A model generated the notes under the pieces. That model ran no database searches. It was not told where the DNA came from and was given only the letters and a program-made list of their open reading frames with translations. The translations under genes were made by a program, and so were the position numbers. A DNA stretch of 33,093 nt, from the NCBI GenBank assembly GCA_039933575.1, contig JBDTNW010000001.1:1-33093 (forward strand). Direction: 5' to 3'. The DNA is from Pseudolysinimonas sp. GTDB lineage: Bacteria > Actinomycetota > Actinomycetes > Actinomycetales > Microbacteriaceae. This document shows positions 10,663 to 19,966 of this stretch, one piece after another. The first letter of the stretch is position 1. Each line of letters opens with the position of its first letter.

Positions 10663-11871
10663 TTAGTACAACGCCCGGAGTGGCTCGTCCAGCACTCGGC
10701 GCAGCTCTGCGGTCATCGCGGCACCGGAGGCGCTCGCCGAGGCGTGATCGCGCACCCACTGAGCGCCGCGCCGCGCGAGCGGCTCGAGCCGATCTGGCTC
10801 GTCCAGCAGCAACTGTAAGTGGGTGTGGACGCGATGCGGCGGCGTCACCAGCCACGCCTCTGCTGAGTCATCGGGGAGCTGCAGCTCGACCCGCGGATCC
10901 GCGCTCGTCACCAGGGCAGCGCCGGCGGCCATCGCCTCGACACCGAACACACCCGGGGTGAAAGCGTAGAACTCGTTCAACACGATGTGCGCTCTTCGCA
11001 GAGCATTCTTGACCTCGGCGTTTGGCACACCGATGAGCTCGATGTATTCGAAGTCATAGCCGTCCTCGAGCAACGCGGCGACGGCGGCCCTTACTAGCTG
11101 CGTGCCCTTGATGATCGGCGACGACGGGGCGTGCACAACGACGGGACGATCGAGTTCAGCGAAACGATCGAACGAGGTGGTGATCTCGTCATCCGGGTAG
11201 AAATACCGCGTGGGCAGGGTGGCACGTTCGAGATAGCTGCGCTGGTCGACATCCGCGTTGTAGATGAGGTCGGCGTACCGGTCGGCGACCGCCGCGACGC
11301 GCCGCTTGATGTCGTCGTACGCGTCGGTGCCGAACACCGGATTGACATCAGCCAGGTAGGTGGCGAGGTTCGGATGCCCCGACTCACGCTCGAGCTCACG
11401 CATGCGCTTCGGAGAGCGGATGTCGTTACCGGTGAAGGAGCAGACGATCCTGATTCCCCGACGCCGAAGGAACCGAAACTCGTGTTCGCGGTAATCGCGT
11501 CCCGAATTCAGGAACCCCTCGGAGCCGACATAGACGAATCCCCGTGCGCGTGCCGCGAGGCTTCCGAGTTTCCACGGTCCGAGGAACAGGTCCCGCCGAT
11601 TCGCTGCTCCGGGCAGCCGACTCAGCGGACCCGGAGACCATCCATAAGGCACGTCGTAGTAGCGGTGTCTGGCGAGCACGACGGACAGCGAGCCGGGGAT
11701 GGCGCGGGCGATGTCGAAGACCAGCGACGCAATCTCGTAAGGTCCAACCACCCAGTCGAGATCTTTCGGCGAGCTGCCCCGGCGGACCCTGGCGATGAGG
11801 TAGGCGAGCCGGAGCACGACAATCTGCACGAAGAACCGCAGACCCCCGATCATCCGCCTCACGATGGTCAC
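10663..11871 (-). CDS. GT-B-fold glycosyltransferase-like protein
   Basis: FTGNDIR, VVVHAPS..IKGT and GVFGVEAMAAG. The GTG start overlaps the upstream stop (GTGA). Confidence 0.75.
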   Translation of the reverse strand: MTIVRRMIGGLRFFVQIVVLRLAYLIARVRRGSSPKDLDWVVGPYEIASLVFDIARAIPGSLSVVLARHRYYDVPYGWSPGPLSRLPGAANRRDLFLGPWKLGSLAARARGFVYVGSEGFLNSGRDYREHEFRFLRRRGIRIVCSFTGNDIRSPKRMRELERESGHPNLATYLADVNPVFGTDAYDDIKRRVAAVADRYADLIYNADVDQRSYLERATLPTRYFYPDDEITTSFDRFAELDRPVVVHAPSSPIIKGTQLVRAAVAALLEDGYDFEYIELIGVPNAEVKNALRRAHIVLNEFYAFTPGVFGVEAMAAGAALVTSADPRVELQLPDDSAEAWLVTPPHRVHTHLQLLLDEPDRLEPLARRGAQWVRDHASASASGAAMTAELRRVLDEPLRALY

Positions 11872-13841
11872 GGCCTGCAGAACTTGACGTAGAAGCTCTT
11901 CGGAACGCGGTTGAGTTTCATGAGCACCCAGAACAGCGGCCGCAGCCTCTCGAACCACTGCTTGTAAGTGGGGTAGTCGCGGTAGGTGTGCTTTGGCGCG
12001 GTCATGAGCGCGTCGAACCGCGCATCGTCGTAGCCGAGGCGTTTCTTGATCAACTCGATGAGTTGCGGATCGGGATACCGCGGAGCAGTGAACCGCTCAA
12101 TGGCCACCTGACGCTCCATCTGCCCGGATCGGATGAGAGCTGAGAACTCGATCTGACGGAAGTTGACGCCGAAGCGCTTGGGCATGAAGTAACTGTGGCA
12201 GAACGCCGAGAAGCGATTCTCGAGGTGGTGGCCGCCGTACCACTCCCACCCATAGCGATCCGCGAGAAAGCGCTTGGCGTCCTCCTTGTGATAGTCGACC
12301 CAATACAGGGGACGTGTGCGCTCGATCCCGGAGAAGGCCGACCATTTCAGAAACTTGAGGAAGTCGAGGTTGGGGTAGGTCTTCATCGGGACGGTCCCGA
12401 ATTTGCGGTGAACCGACTTGATGTACCCACCGTCCATGTAGATCCATCCTCGGGGAGCGATGCCCTCCGTGCGGAACGAGTGCCCCTCGACGATGTGCTT
12501 GATGCCGTGCTTCTCGGCAGCGCGGTAGAGCACGCCCATGAAACCGATGTCGGTCGGCGTGTCGATGTCGATGACACCAGCCTCGATAAACGACCGGTAG
12601 ATGTCGTCGTACTCGGTGTTGTCGACGACATAGGTCTCGAGGTCGACGCCAAGCTTGTCGAGAACGGCGTAGATGTTGGACGTGGCCACCGGGGAGTTCC
12701 AGGTGTTGTCGAAGTGCACCGCGAGAGGGCGCACCCCCAGCTCGACCAGCAGATGGGCGAGATACGACGAGTCCGTGCCGCCGCTCACCCCGATAATGCA
12801 GTCGTACTTCTTTCCCTCGCCCGAGCGCTTCAGCCTCTCGGCGAAAGCGTGCAGCGCCGCAGTGCTGGAGGCACCGATCGGGTACTGCGCGTCGAGCTCG
12901 TCGTGGAGCGAGCAGTAGTAACAGGTCGGCCCCTCGTCGAGCCGCGCGCCCGGCACATCCGAGGTCGTGATGCACCGCTCGCACATGACGGTCGTCGAGA
13001 GATCCCGTCCGGGGATCTCGTACCGCGCATCGATGTGGGCGTCGTCCTCTACTCCAACCGACCGATGCTCGCGTTCCTCCTGGAACAGGTCGGTGAGCTG
13101 CGCACCGCTCGGATAGTTGATGAGCACACTGTCACGGCCACCCTGCATAACGAACTGACTGCCCGCGGCAACCGCTGACGCGCTGGCTTCGAGGATGGGC
13201 TCGGCGAGGTGCTCCCGTGTGCCCGCGCCGCCGTGTGCGATGACCGGCACCTCGGGCAGGAGGCGGGTTACTTCCCGGACGAGTTCGAGATCGATTCCGG
13301 CACGCGTTCCCTCCCTGTCGATGCTCGTCACCATGATCTCGCCCGCGCCGACCTCGGTTGCGAGACGACTCCACTCCTGAAGCCGAAGCTCCGAGAGTTC
13401 GGTGCCTCCCCGACCGAAGATGCGGTACTCCCCGTCGTACGCACGCACATCGACAGCTGCGATGACCGCCTGCGCTCCGAGCGCCCGCACAGCGTCAGCG
13501 ACGATCTCCGGGGAGTCAAGCAGCGTCGTATTGAAGACGATCTTCTCGAAGCCTTCGCGCACCAGACGGTCCGCCTGTTCGACCGAACCAACTCCCCCGC
13601 CGTAGGCCAGCGGCACGAAGCACTCGGTGGTGAGCCTTCGCAGGTAGTCGAGCTGAATCGGCGCGCCGCGCGCCGCCCCGATGTCGAGGAGAAGCATCTC
13701 GTCGACCTCGAGATCGTTGAAAATGCTGAGGACGTTGACCGGATCGCCGACGTATTGCGGGTCCTCGAACCGACGCGTCTTAACGAACCTGTCGTTCTCG
13801 AGGAGCAGCGCCGGGATGACCCGCGGACGAACGCTGAGCAT
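11868..13841 (-). CDS. Fusion of a HisF-like domain and an N-acetyl-sugar amidotransferase (WbuX/WbpG-like PP-loop)
   Basis: Residues 1-~255 are HisF2-like (YVGDPVNVLSIFNDLEVDE...SVLINYP). After a linker come CERC..CYYC, YDCIIGVSGGTDSSY, VHFDNTWN and WYGGHHLEN. No internal stop. Confidence 0.9.
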   Translation of the reverse strand: MLSVRPRVIPALLLENDRFVKTRRFEDPQYVGDPVNVLSIFNDLEVDEMLLLDIGAARGAPIQLDYLRRLTTECFVPLAYGGGVGSVEQADRLVREGFEKIVFNTTLLDSPEIVADAVRALGAQAVIAAVDVRAYDGEYRIFGRGGTELSELRLQEWSRLATEVGAGEIMVTSIDREGTRAGIDLELVREVTRLLPEVPVIAHGGAGTREHLAEPILEASASAVAAGSQFVMQGGRDSVLINYPSGAQLTDLFQEEREHRSVGVEDDAHIDARYEIPGRDLSTTVMCERCITTSDVPGARLDEGPTCYYCSLHDELDAQYPIGASSTAALHAFAERLKRSGEGKKYDCIIGVSGGTDSSYLAHLLVELGVRPLAVHFDNTWNSPVATSNIYAVLDKLGVDLETYVVDNTEYDDIYRSFIEAGVIDIDTPTDIGFMGVLYRAAEKHGIKHIVEGHSFRTEGIAPRGWIYMDGGYIKSVHRKFGTVPMKTYPNLDFLKFLKWSAFSGIERTRPLYWVDYHKEDAKRFLADRYGWEWYGGHHLENRFSAFCHSYFMPKRFGVNFRQIEFSALIRSGQMERQVAIERFTAPRYPDPQLIELIKKRLGYDDARFDALMTAPKHTYRDYPTYKQWFERLRPLFWVLMKLNRVPKSFYVKFCRP

Positions 13842-14461
13842 CAGGACCTTCCGAAGTCGGCGAGGAGGCGCGCGCCCATCCGGTGGCTCTTCTCTGGATG
13901 GAACTGCGCGCCGACGACATTCCCGCGACGGATCATCGACGCAAACGGTACGCCATAGTCGGTGATCGCCATCGTGTCGGATGGGTCGGACGGGTCGGCG
14001 TAGTACGAATGCACGAAATAGAAACGATCGCCGTCCAGGACGGCCGGGAGCATGTCCGGGTTGCCCTGTCGCGTGACGGTGTTCCAGCCCATATGTGGCA
14101 CACGGAGCGTCTCATCACCCACGGTCCGCGGGAAGCGCCGGACTGTTCCCGGCACGATTCCGAGCCCGGGCTCGTCGCCCTCTTCGCTGCCGTCGAGCAG
14201 CAGTTGCATGCCGAGGCAGACGCCGAGCACCCGATCGCCCGCCGCGGCCTTCGCCGCGACGACCTCGCCGAGGCCCGAGAGCCGCAGTCGTGACGCGGCA
14301 GTGTCGAACGCGCCGACGCCCGGCAGAATGATCCGCTCGGCCGCGGAGATGACGTCAGCGTCGGCGCTCAGCTCGCTGGTCAGGCCGGTCTTGCGGATCA
14401 TGTTGGCGATCGACGCGACGTTCCCGACCCCGTAATCGACGATTGTGATGTCGACTGTCAT
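13841..14461 (-). CDS. hisH: HisH-like class I glutamine amidotransferase, copy 2
   Basis: IVDYGVGN, LPGVGAF, GVCLGMQ, VPHMGWN, FYFVHSY and QFHPEKS. Confidence 0.9.
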   Translation of the reverse strand: MTVDITIVDYGVGNVASIANMIRKTGLTSELSADADVISAAERIILPGVGAFDTAASRLRLSGLGEVVAAKAAAGDRVLGVCLGMQLLLDGSEEGDEPGLGIVPGTVRRFPRTVGDETLRVPHMGWNTVTRQGNPDMLPAVLDGDRFYFVHSYYADPSDPSDTMAITDYGVPFASMIRRGNVVGAQFHPEKSHRMGARLLADFGRS

Positions 14462-15576
14462 CGACGCCTGGGTCTCACCGAGGCGATCGCACGTGCGAGC
14501 GTCGAGGCCACCTGCTCCACGTCGGCACCGGTGAGTTGTGGGTATAGCGGGATGGTGAGAGCCGATTGATGAGCTCGGGTTGCTGCCGGCAAGGACTCGT
14601 CGGGGATGCCGAAGCGCTCGCGGAAATACGGTTGAAGGTGCATCGAATAGGTGCCGAGGGTGACCTCGACATCGTCGCCCTTCATCACGTCGATGATCTC
14701 GTTCCTGTCGATGTCCTCGTCGAGGAGCACGACGTACGACTGATAGGAGTGCTCCAGCCCCGCTGGGACGACGGGGACGCGCACGCCGTCCATGCCGGAC
14801 AGCACGGCGTCGTATTCGGCTGCGACCTCGCGCCGTCGACGGAGGATCTCATCCAGACGCGCCATCTGCGCGATTCCGATGGCCGCGTGCACATCGCTAA
14901 GCCGGTAGTTATAGCCGGCATCGATGAAGGACATGAAGTGCGATCCACGCACTGAGCCATGCGATCGCAACACCCGCATCCGATCCGCAAGGGTTTCGTC
15001 GGAGGTCGTGACCATCCCGCCCTCCGCCGTCGTGATGATCTTTCGAGGGTGGAAAGAGAAGACGCCCGCGAGCGCTAGAGTTCCGGCCTCCCTGCCGTGA
15101 TACGTCGCGCCGAGGGCACAGGCTGCGTCCTCGATGACCGGAATACCGTGACGCGTCGCGATCTCGTTGATCGGGTCCATGTCGGCGGTGAGCCCGAATG
15201 CGTGCACGGGCATGATCGCCGTCGTGCGAGATGTGATGGCGGCCTCGAGAAGCGCTGGATCAAGGTTGAAGGTGTCGATGTCGATGTCGACGAAGACTGG
15301 AGTCGCCCCCTGCTGCACGACGACGTTAGCCGTGGCGGGAAAGCTGAAGTCCGGGATGATGACCTCGTCGCCGGGTTTCACACCCGCCGCATGGAGGGCC
15401 AGGTGGAGGCCGGTCGTTGCGGAGCTCACCGCGAATGCCTCCGCGCTGCCCGTGCGCGCGGCGATGAGCCGCTCGAACTCAGCGGCACGGGGTCCCTGGG
15501 TCAGATATCCGGATTCGAGCACCTCCCCGACGAGCCGAAGCTCCTCGGCGCCGGTGAGGGGGATATTCAACCTCAT
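14458..15576 (-). CDS. DegT/DnrJ/EryC1/StrS PLP-dependent sugar aminotransferase
   Basis: SSATTGLHL, IMPVHAFG, IEDAACALG, FSFHPRKIITTAEGG (PLP Lys) and GYNYRLSD. Confidence 0.92.
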   Translation of the reverse strand: MRLNIPLTGAEELRLVGEVLESGYLTQGPRAAEFERLIAARTGSAEAFAVSSATTGLHLALHAAGVKPGDEVIIPDFSFPATANVVVQQGATPVFVDIDIDTFNLDPALLEAAITSRTTAIMPVHAFGLTADMDPINEIATRHGIPVIEDAACALGATYHGREAGTLALAGVFSFHPRKIITTAEGGMVTTSDETLADRMRVLRSHGSVRGSHFMSFIDAGYNYRLSDVHAAIGIAQMARLDEILRRRREVAAEYDAVLSGMDGVRVPVVPAGLEHSYQSYVVLLDEDIDRNEIIDVMKGDDVEVTLGTYSMHLQPYFRERFGIPDESLPAATRAHQSALTIPLYPQLTGADVEQVASTLARAIASVRPRRR

Positions 15577-16535
15577 GCGAACACAGCCTGATACCAGGCC
15601 ACGGTCTCACGGAGTCCTTCGTCGCTCAAAGCAGCGGGCTGGCGCCCAAGGTAGGTCGCCAGTCGGGTGACGTCGGCCTGGTGGGACCTCACGTCGCCCG
15701 CCCGCTCGGGAGTGTGCACGACCGGATGATCCGAGGCATCCATAATCTGCAAAATCTGGGCGACCAGAGCGTTGATCGACGTCGGCACGCCGGTGGCTAC
15801 GTTAAACTCTAGGCCGCTGCATTCCGGGCTTTCGGCGATGGCCACCGTCAGATCCGCGGTATCGCGGACAAATGTGAAATCCCGAGTCTGCTCCCCGTCG
15901 CCGTGGATTTCGATGGGGGTGCCGTTCATCACGCGCTGAACGATGATCGGGATGATGCCGGCATAGGAGCCGGGATTCTGGCGCGGCCCGTAGTTGTTGA
16001 AGGGCCGCACGGTCGTTGCGTCGATGCCGAAGGTGCGCACATAGGAACGGATGATGTGATCTTCGGCTGACTTCGCTGCGGCATAAGGCGTGATGGCGTC
16101 GTGAGGATGGTCCTCATCCATCGGGGTGTACCTGCTGGTCCCGTATGCCTCAGAACTCGACATGTGCACGAGCCGTTGGATGAGCCCGCGACGCGCGAGC
16201 TCGCAGAACGTGGTGGTGATCCCGATGTTCGTGGTGATGGTCCAGGACGGGTAGGTCAGCGACGTGGGCAGCGGGACGACTGCGAGGTCGAATACCGTCT
16301 CGATCTTGTGCGCGATCACTACGTCCTGCATGGCGGCGAGGTCTGATGCGTCGAGACGCAGGATCTCGAGGTCGTACTTGCTGCGCGCGTCGTCAAGATT
16401 GCTCTCGTTGCCGAGGAAGAAATTGTCGACAACCACGAGAGTGCTCGGTTCCTCGAGCACCAAGCGGTCGACCAAGTGGCTCCCGATGAAGCCCGCGCCC
16501 CCCGTAACCAGCACAGAACGATTTCGGATCGACAC
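15573..16535 (-). CDS. NDP-sugar dehydratase/epimerase (extended SDR, 4,6-dehydratase-like)
   Basis: VTGGAGFIGSHL, SSSEAYG, PYAAAK, RPFNNYGPRQ and TRDFTFV. GTG start preceded by AGAAGGG. Confidence 0.88.
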   Translation of the reverse strand: MSIRNRSVLVTGGAGFIGSHLVDRLVLEEPSTLVVVDNFFLGNESNLDDARSKYDLEILRLDASDLAAMQDVVIAHKIETVFDLAVVPLPTSLTYPSWTITTNIGITTTFCELARRGLIQRLVHMSSSEAYGTSRYTPMDEDHPHDAITPYAAAKSAEDHIIRSYVRTFGIDATTVRPFNNYGPRQNPGSYAGIIPIIVQRVMNGTPIEIHGDGEQTRDFTFVRDTADLTVAIAESPECSGLEFNVATGVPTSINALVAQILQIMDASDHPVVHTPERAGDVRSHQADVTRLATYLGRQPAALSDEGLRETVAWYQAVFA

Positions 16536-16585
16536 GTTCGATTGCCCTTCTAAAGGTGTGGGGTGACGTTGCCCAGCCGCGATCA

Positions 16586-16591
16586 ATTATA
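16586..16591 (-). promoter_or_regulatory. Consensus -10 element TATAAT for the six-gene minus-strand operon (16535 to 9471)
   Basis: Perfect TATAAT in a high-GC genome, 50 bp upstream of the first gene. Confidence 0.65.
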
Positions 16592-16700
16592 CGGAGACGG
16601 ACCTTGGCGCTCCTGCGTCGTACCGGATCGCTCGCGGCTTCGGCGCTTGCGAGACGCTATGACGACCGATGGTCGCCCGCGGCGCAACGGAGGAGCCTCC

Positions 16701-16706
16701 TAAGCT
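16701..16706 (+). promoter_or_regulatory. -10 element TAAGCT of a probable leaderless promoter
   Basis: TANNNT ending 7 nt before ATG 16714. Confidence 0.55.
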
Positions 16707-16713
16707 TGAGGCC

Positions 16714-17772
16714 ATGCGGATCGTGAGCGTCGTCGGTGCGCGACCGCAGTTCGTGAAAGTCGCGCCGGTCGCCGCCGCCATGGAGGGACGTGCCGACCAC
16801 CTCATCGTCCACACCGGCCAGCACTACGACGAGCTGATGAGCGACGTGTTCTTCCGCGACCTCGGCATTCCCGCTCCCGCGGTGAACCTCGCGGTCGGAT
16901 CCGGGAGTCATGGGCGGCAAACCGGACTGATGATCGAGGGTCTCGAACGCGAGTTCGAAGCCCTCTCCCCCGATTGGGTTCTCGTCTACGGTGACACGAA
17001 TTCGACAGTCGCCGCCGCGCTCGCCGCCGTGAAGCTCCACCTCCCGGTCGCGCATCTTGAGGCCGGCCTGCGCTCGTTCAACCGCCGGATGCCAGAAGAG
17101 CACAATCGCGTTCTCACCGATCACGCCGCCGATCTGCTCCTCGCACCAACCCGCGCGGCGATGGCGCACCTCGAACGCGAGGGACTCGCCGAGAGGTCTC
17201 GTCTCGTGGGTGATGTGATGACCGACGTCCTCCATCGCACGCGCGACCGCGTGCTCGCTGAATCTCGACCCGCGCCGCACGGCCTTCCGACGGGCGGGTA
17301 CTACGTCGCGACCATCCACCGCCCCGACAACACTGACGACCCCGAGCGTCTTCGCGCGATCGTCGGAGCACTCGCCGAGCTTCCCCACCCGGTGCTCCTG
17401 CTCGCGCATCCCCGGCTCCGCTCGCTCGCGGCGCAGCATGGGATCGCGCTCGAGACGGGTGGGTTGCGCGTCTCTGAACCACTCGCGTACCCCGAACTCG
17501 TCTCCGCGGTCCTGAACAGCGCGGGCGTCGTCACCGACTCGGGTGGCTTGCAGAAGGAGGCTTTCCTCCTGCGCGTCCCCGCGACGACTCTGCGCCGGGA
17601 GACAGAGTGGATGGAGACCGTCGACCTCGGCTGGAACGTGCTCGTGAACGAGCCGGAACAGATCGCAGCCGCCGTTTCGCGTCCGGTTCCGAACGCTACG
17701 GACGCCACGCCATACGGCGATGGACACGCCGCAGAGGCGGTCGTCGACGAACTCCTCGGGGAGTCGCGGTGA
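16714..17772 (+). CDS. wecB: Non-hydrolysing UDP-N-acetylglucosamine 2-epimerase family (WbpI/WlbD-like subgroup)
   Basis: GARPQFVK, HTGQHYD, VYGDTNST, HLEAGLRS, MPEEHNR and TDSGGLQKEA. Confidence 0.93.
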   Translation: MRIVSVVGARPQFVKVAPVAAAMEGRADHLIVHTGQHYDELMSDVFFRDLGIPAPAVNLAVGSGSHGRQTGLMIEGLEREFEALSPDWVLVYGDTNSTVAAALAAVKLHLPVAHLEAGLRSFNRRMPEEHNRVLTDHAADLLLAPTRAAMAHLEREGLAERSRLVGDVMTDVLHRTRDRVLAESRPAPHGLPTGGYYVATIHRPDNTDDPERLRAIVGALAELPHPVLLLAHPRLRSLAAQHGIALETGGLRVSEPLAYPELVSAVLNSAGVVTDSGGLQKEAFLLRVPATTLRRETEWMETVDLGWNVLVNEPEQIAAAVSRPVPNATDATPYGDGHAAEAVVDELLGESR

Positions 17773-18905
17773 CTCGGGCGCGCCTGCTCATCCTGTCGTT
17801 CTCCGACATCTCGGCAGACGCCCGAGTGCTCAAGCAGGTCAGGTTCTTCGCCGACCGTTACGACGTGACGACCTACGGCTACGGGCCGAGCCCCGACCCA
17901 CGGGTCTCGCATGTGCGCCTCGACGACACTCTCGGCGTCCGACGGTGGACCCGACGCGACCTCGTTCTGCGGCGCTTCCAGAAGATCTATTGGGGCCAGC
18001 CGGCGATCCGGAAGGCACGATCCGACCTCGCCAGGCTCAAGCGGTTCGAGGTCATCCTCGCCAACGACGTCGACGCGGTCGGCCTCGCCCTCGCTCTGAA
18101 ACCCGCAAACGGGGTCCACGCCGATATCCACGAGTATGCCCCGCGGCAGAACGAGGAGCTGATGATCTGGCGGGTCTTCGAGGCCCCGTACATGCGCTGG
18201 ATGTGTCGGCGATTCCTGGTGCGTGCCTCCTCGATGACCACTGTCGGCCACGGCATCGCCGATGAGTACCGACGCGTATACGGCCTTCGCGCCGGAGTGG
18301 TCACGAACGCCGCGCCTTACGCCGAATTGGAGGCACGGCCCGCCGGTTGGCCGATCCGCCTCGTGCACAGCGGGGCGTCGCTTCGCAATCGGAGACTCGA
18401 GGTGCTCGTGGACGCGGTGGCCGCGACGACGAGTGACGTGACGCTCGACCTCTATCTGATGGGCAACGATCCCGAGTACGTCGTCGAGCTGCGCGAGCGC
18501 GCCGCGGGGTCCGGCCGCGTGCGGTTCCCCGATGCCGTGCCCTACGCGCAACTCATCAGTCGTCTCAACGAATACGACGTCGGCCTTCACATCATGGCCC
18601 CGACCAACTTCAACAATCGTTGGGCGCTGCCCAACAAATTCTTCGACTACGTGCAAGCGCGCCTCGGGCTAATCATCGGGCCGTCCGCCGAGATGCAGAA
18701 CATCCTCGTCGCCCACGAGTTCGGCACCGTGTCCGACGATTTTGGAGCGGCGGCTCTCACCCGCGTGCTCGACGCCCTGACCCCCGAGCAGGTCGACGCC
18801 TGGAAGGCGCACGCGTTAGTCGCCGCCAAAGCGCTCTCATCGGAGTCCCAGGTAGAGATCTGGGGTGTAGCGGTAGACGCGCTCGCCGATCGGGCGCACG
18901 CGTGA
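17769..18905 (+). CDS. GT-B glycosyltransferase (paralog of 24305-25444)
   Basis: ILSFSDISADARVLKQ, ADIHEY, LVHSG and LPNKFFDYVQARL; GTGA-coupled to wecB. Confidence 0.8.
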   Translation: MTRARLLILSFSDISADARVLKQVRFFADRYDVTTYGYGPSPDPRVSHVRLDDTLGVRRWTRRDLVLRRFQKIYWGQPAIRKARSDLARLKRFEVILANDVDAVGLALALKPANGVHADIHEYAPRQNEELMIWRVFEAPYMRWMCRRFLVRASSMTTVGHGIADEYRRVYGLRAGVVTNAAPYAELEARPAGWPIRLVHSGASLRNRRLEVLVDAVAATTSDVTLDLYLMGNDPEYVVELRERAAGSGRVRFPDAVPYAQLISRLNEYDVGLHIMAPTNFNNRWALPNKFFDYVQARLGLIIGPSAEMQNILVAHEFGTVSDDFGAAALTRVLDALTPEQVDAWKAHALVAAKALSSESQVEIWGVAVDALADRAHA

Positions 18906-19966
18906 CAAGCCCCGTCGTGGACGTCATCATCCCGGTGCATACCGATCGACGTCCAATCGCTCGGGCGACAGCGTCGGTTCTCGCGACTACCTTGACCGAC
19001 ACTCGGGTCACCATCGTCTGCCACAACGTGGCGGTGGACGCGATCGCGGCATCCCTCGGGTCGTGGAGCGGCGACCCGAGGGTGCGGTTATTGCCTCTCA
19101 CCGATGGCATCCCGAGCCCCGCCGGCCCGATCAACGCGGGACTCGACGCGGCGACCGGCGACTTCACCGCTCTGCTCGGCTCGGACGACGAGTACGAGCC
19201 GGGGGCTATCGATGCGTGGTTCGCCGTCGCTCGACGGGACGACGCGGATGTGGTCATCCCCCCGCTCCGCACCGCGTCGGGGAGTCCGACACGCAGCCCC
19301 CCAACTCGACCATTTCGTACGAGTCGGCTTGACGGCGTCCGCGACCGTCTCGCCTATCGCACCGTGCAACTCGGGCTTGTCTCGCGGCGACGGTTCGGTG
19401 ACATCAGGATGACGACGCGGCTGCGGTCAGGCGAGGACGTCATCCAGGGCGCCTCGATCTGGTACTCCGGCGCGCGGATCAGCGCCGCCCGGGGCCCCGG
19501 CTACCTCATCCACGAGGACGACCCGCACGCTCGCACGTCGAGCAGCGTCAAGCCCGCGGCCGAGTCGCTGCTCTTCCTCGACGCCGTCCTCGAACAGGGA
19601 TTCATCGCGACGCTGAGCTCATCGCAGCGCGAGTCCTTTGCCATCAAACTGTTGCGCACTCACGTGATGGATATTCTCGGGGCGAGCCTCCAGGCGGGGG
19701 GGCCGCCAGACGACTTGGTCGCGCTATCCGCAGGGGTGCGACGGATCGTCGAACTCGCTCCCACCGCCACGTCGATCGTCAGTCGACGCGAGGCACGCAT
19801 CGTCGCCGAGCTGCGCGGCAGCGCCGACCGCGACCGCCTCGGGGCCGAGCTCGCGGTCCTGACCGACTTCCGGCGTCCGGCCAACCTTTTCCCCGTGTCA
19901 GTGCGGCGGTTGCTTCACCGGGAGGCGCCGCTGCGATTTCTCGCAGCAACCGCATTCATGCGCTGA
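18902..19966 (+). CDS. GT2 family glycosyltransferase
   Basis: VDVIIPVH, GPINAGLDAATGD, LLGSDD and GED. Confidence 0.8.
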   Translation: MTSPVVDVIIPVHTDRRPIARATASVLATTLTDTRVTIVCHNVAVDAIAASLGSWSGDPRVRLLPLTDGIPSPAGPINAGLDAATGDFTALLGSDDEYEPGAIDAWFAVARRDDADVVIPPLRTASGSPTRSPPTRPFRTSRLDGVRDRLAYRTVQLGLVSRRRFGDIRMTTRLRSGEDVIQGASIWYSGARISAARGPGYLIHEDDPHARTSSSVKPAAESLLFLDAVLEQGFIATLSSSQRESFAIKLLRTHVMDILGASLQAGGPPDDLVALSAGVRRIVELAPTATSIVSRREARIVAELRGSADRDRLGAELAVLTDFRRPANLFPVSVRRLLHREAPLRFLAATAFMR

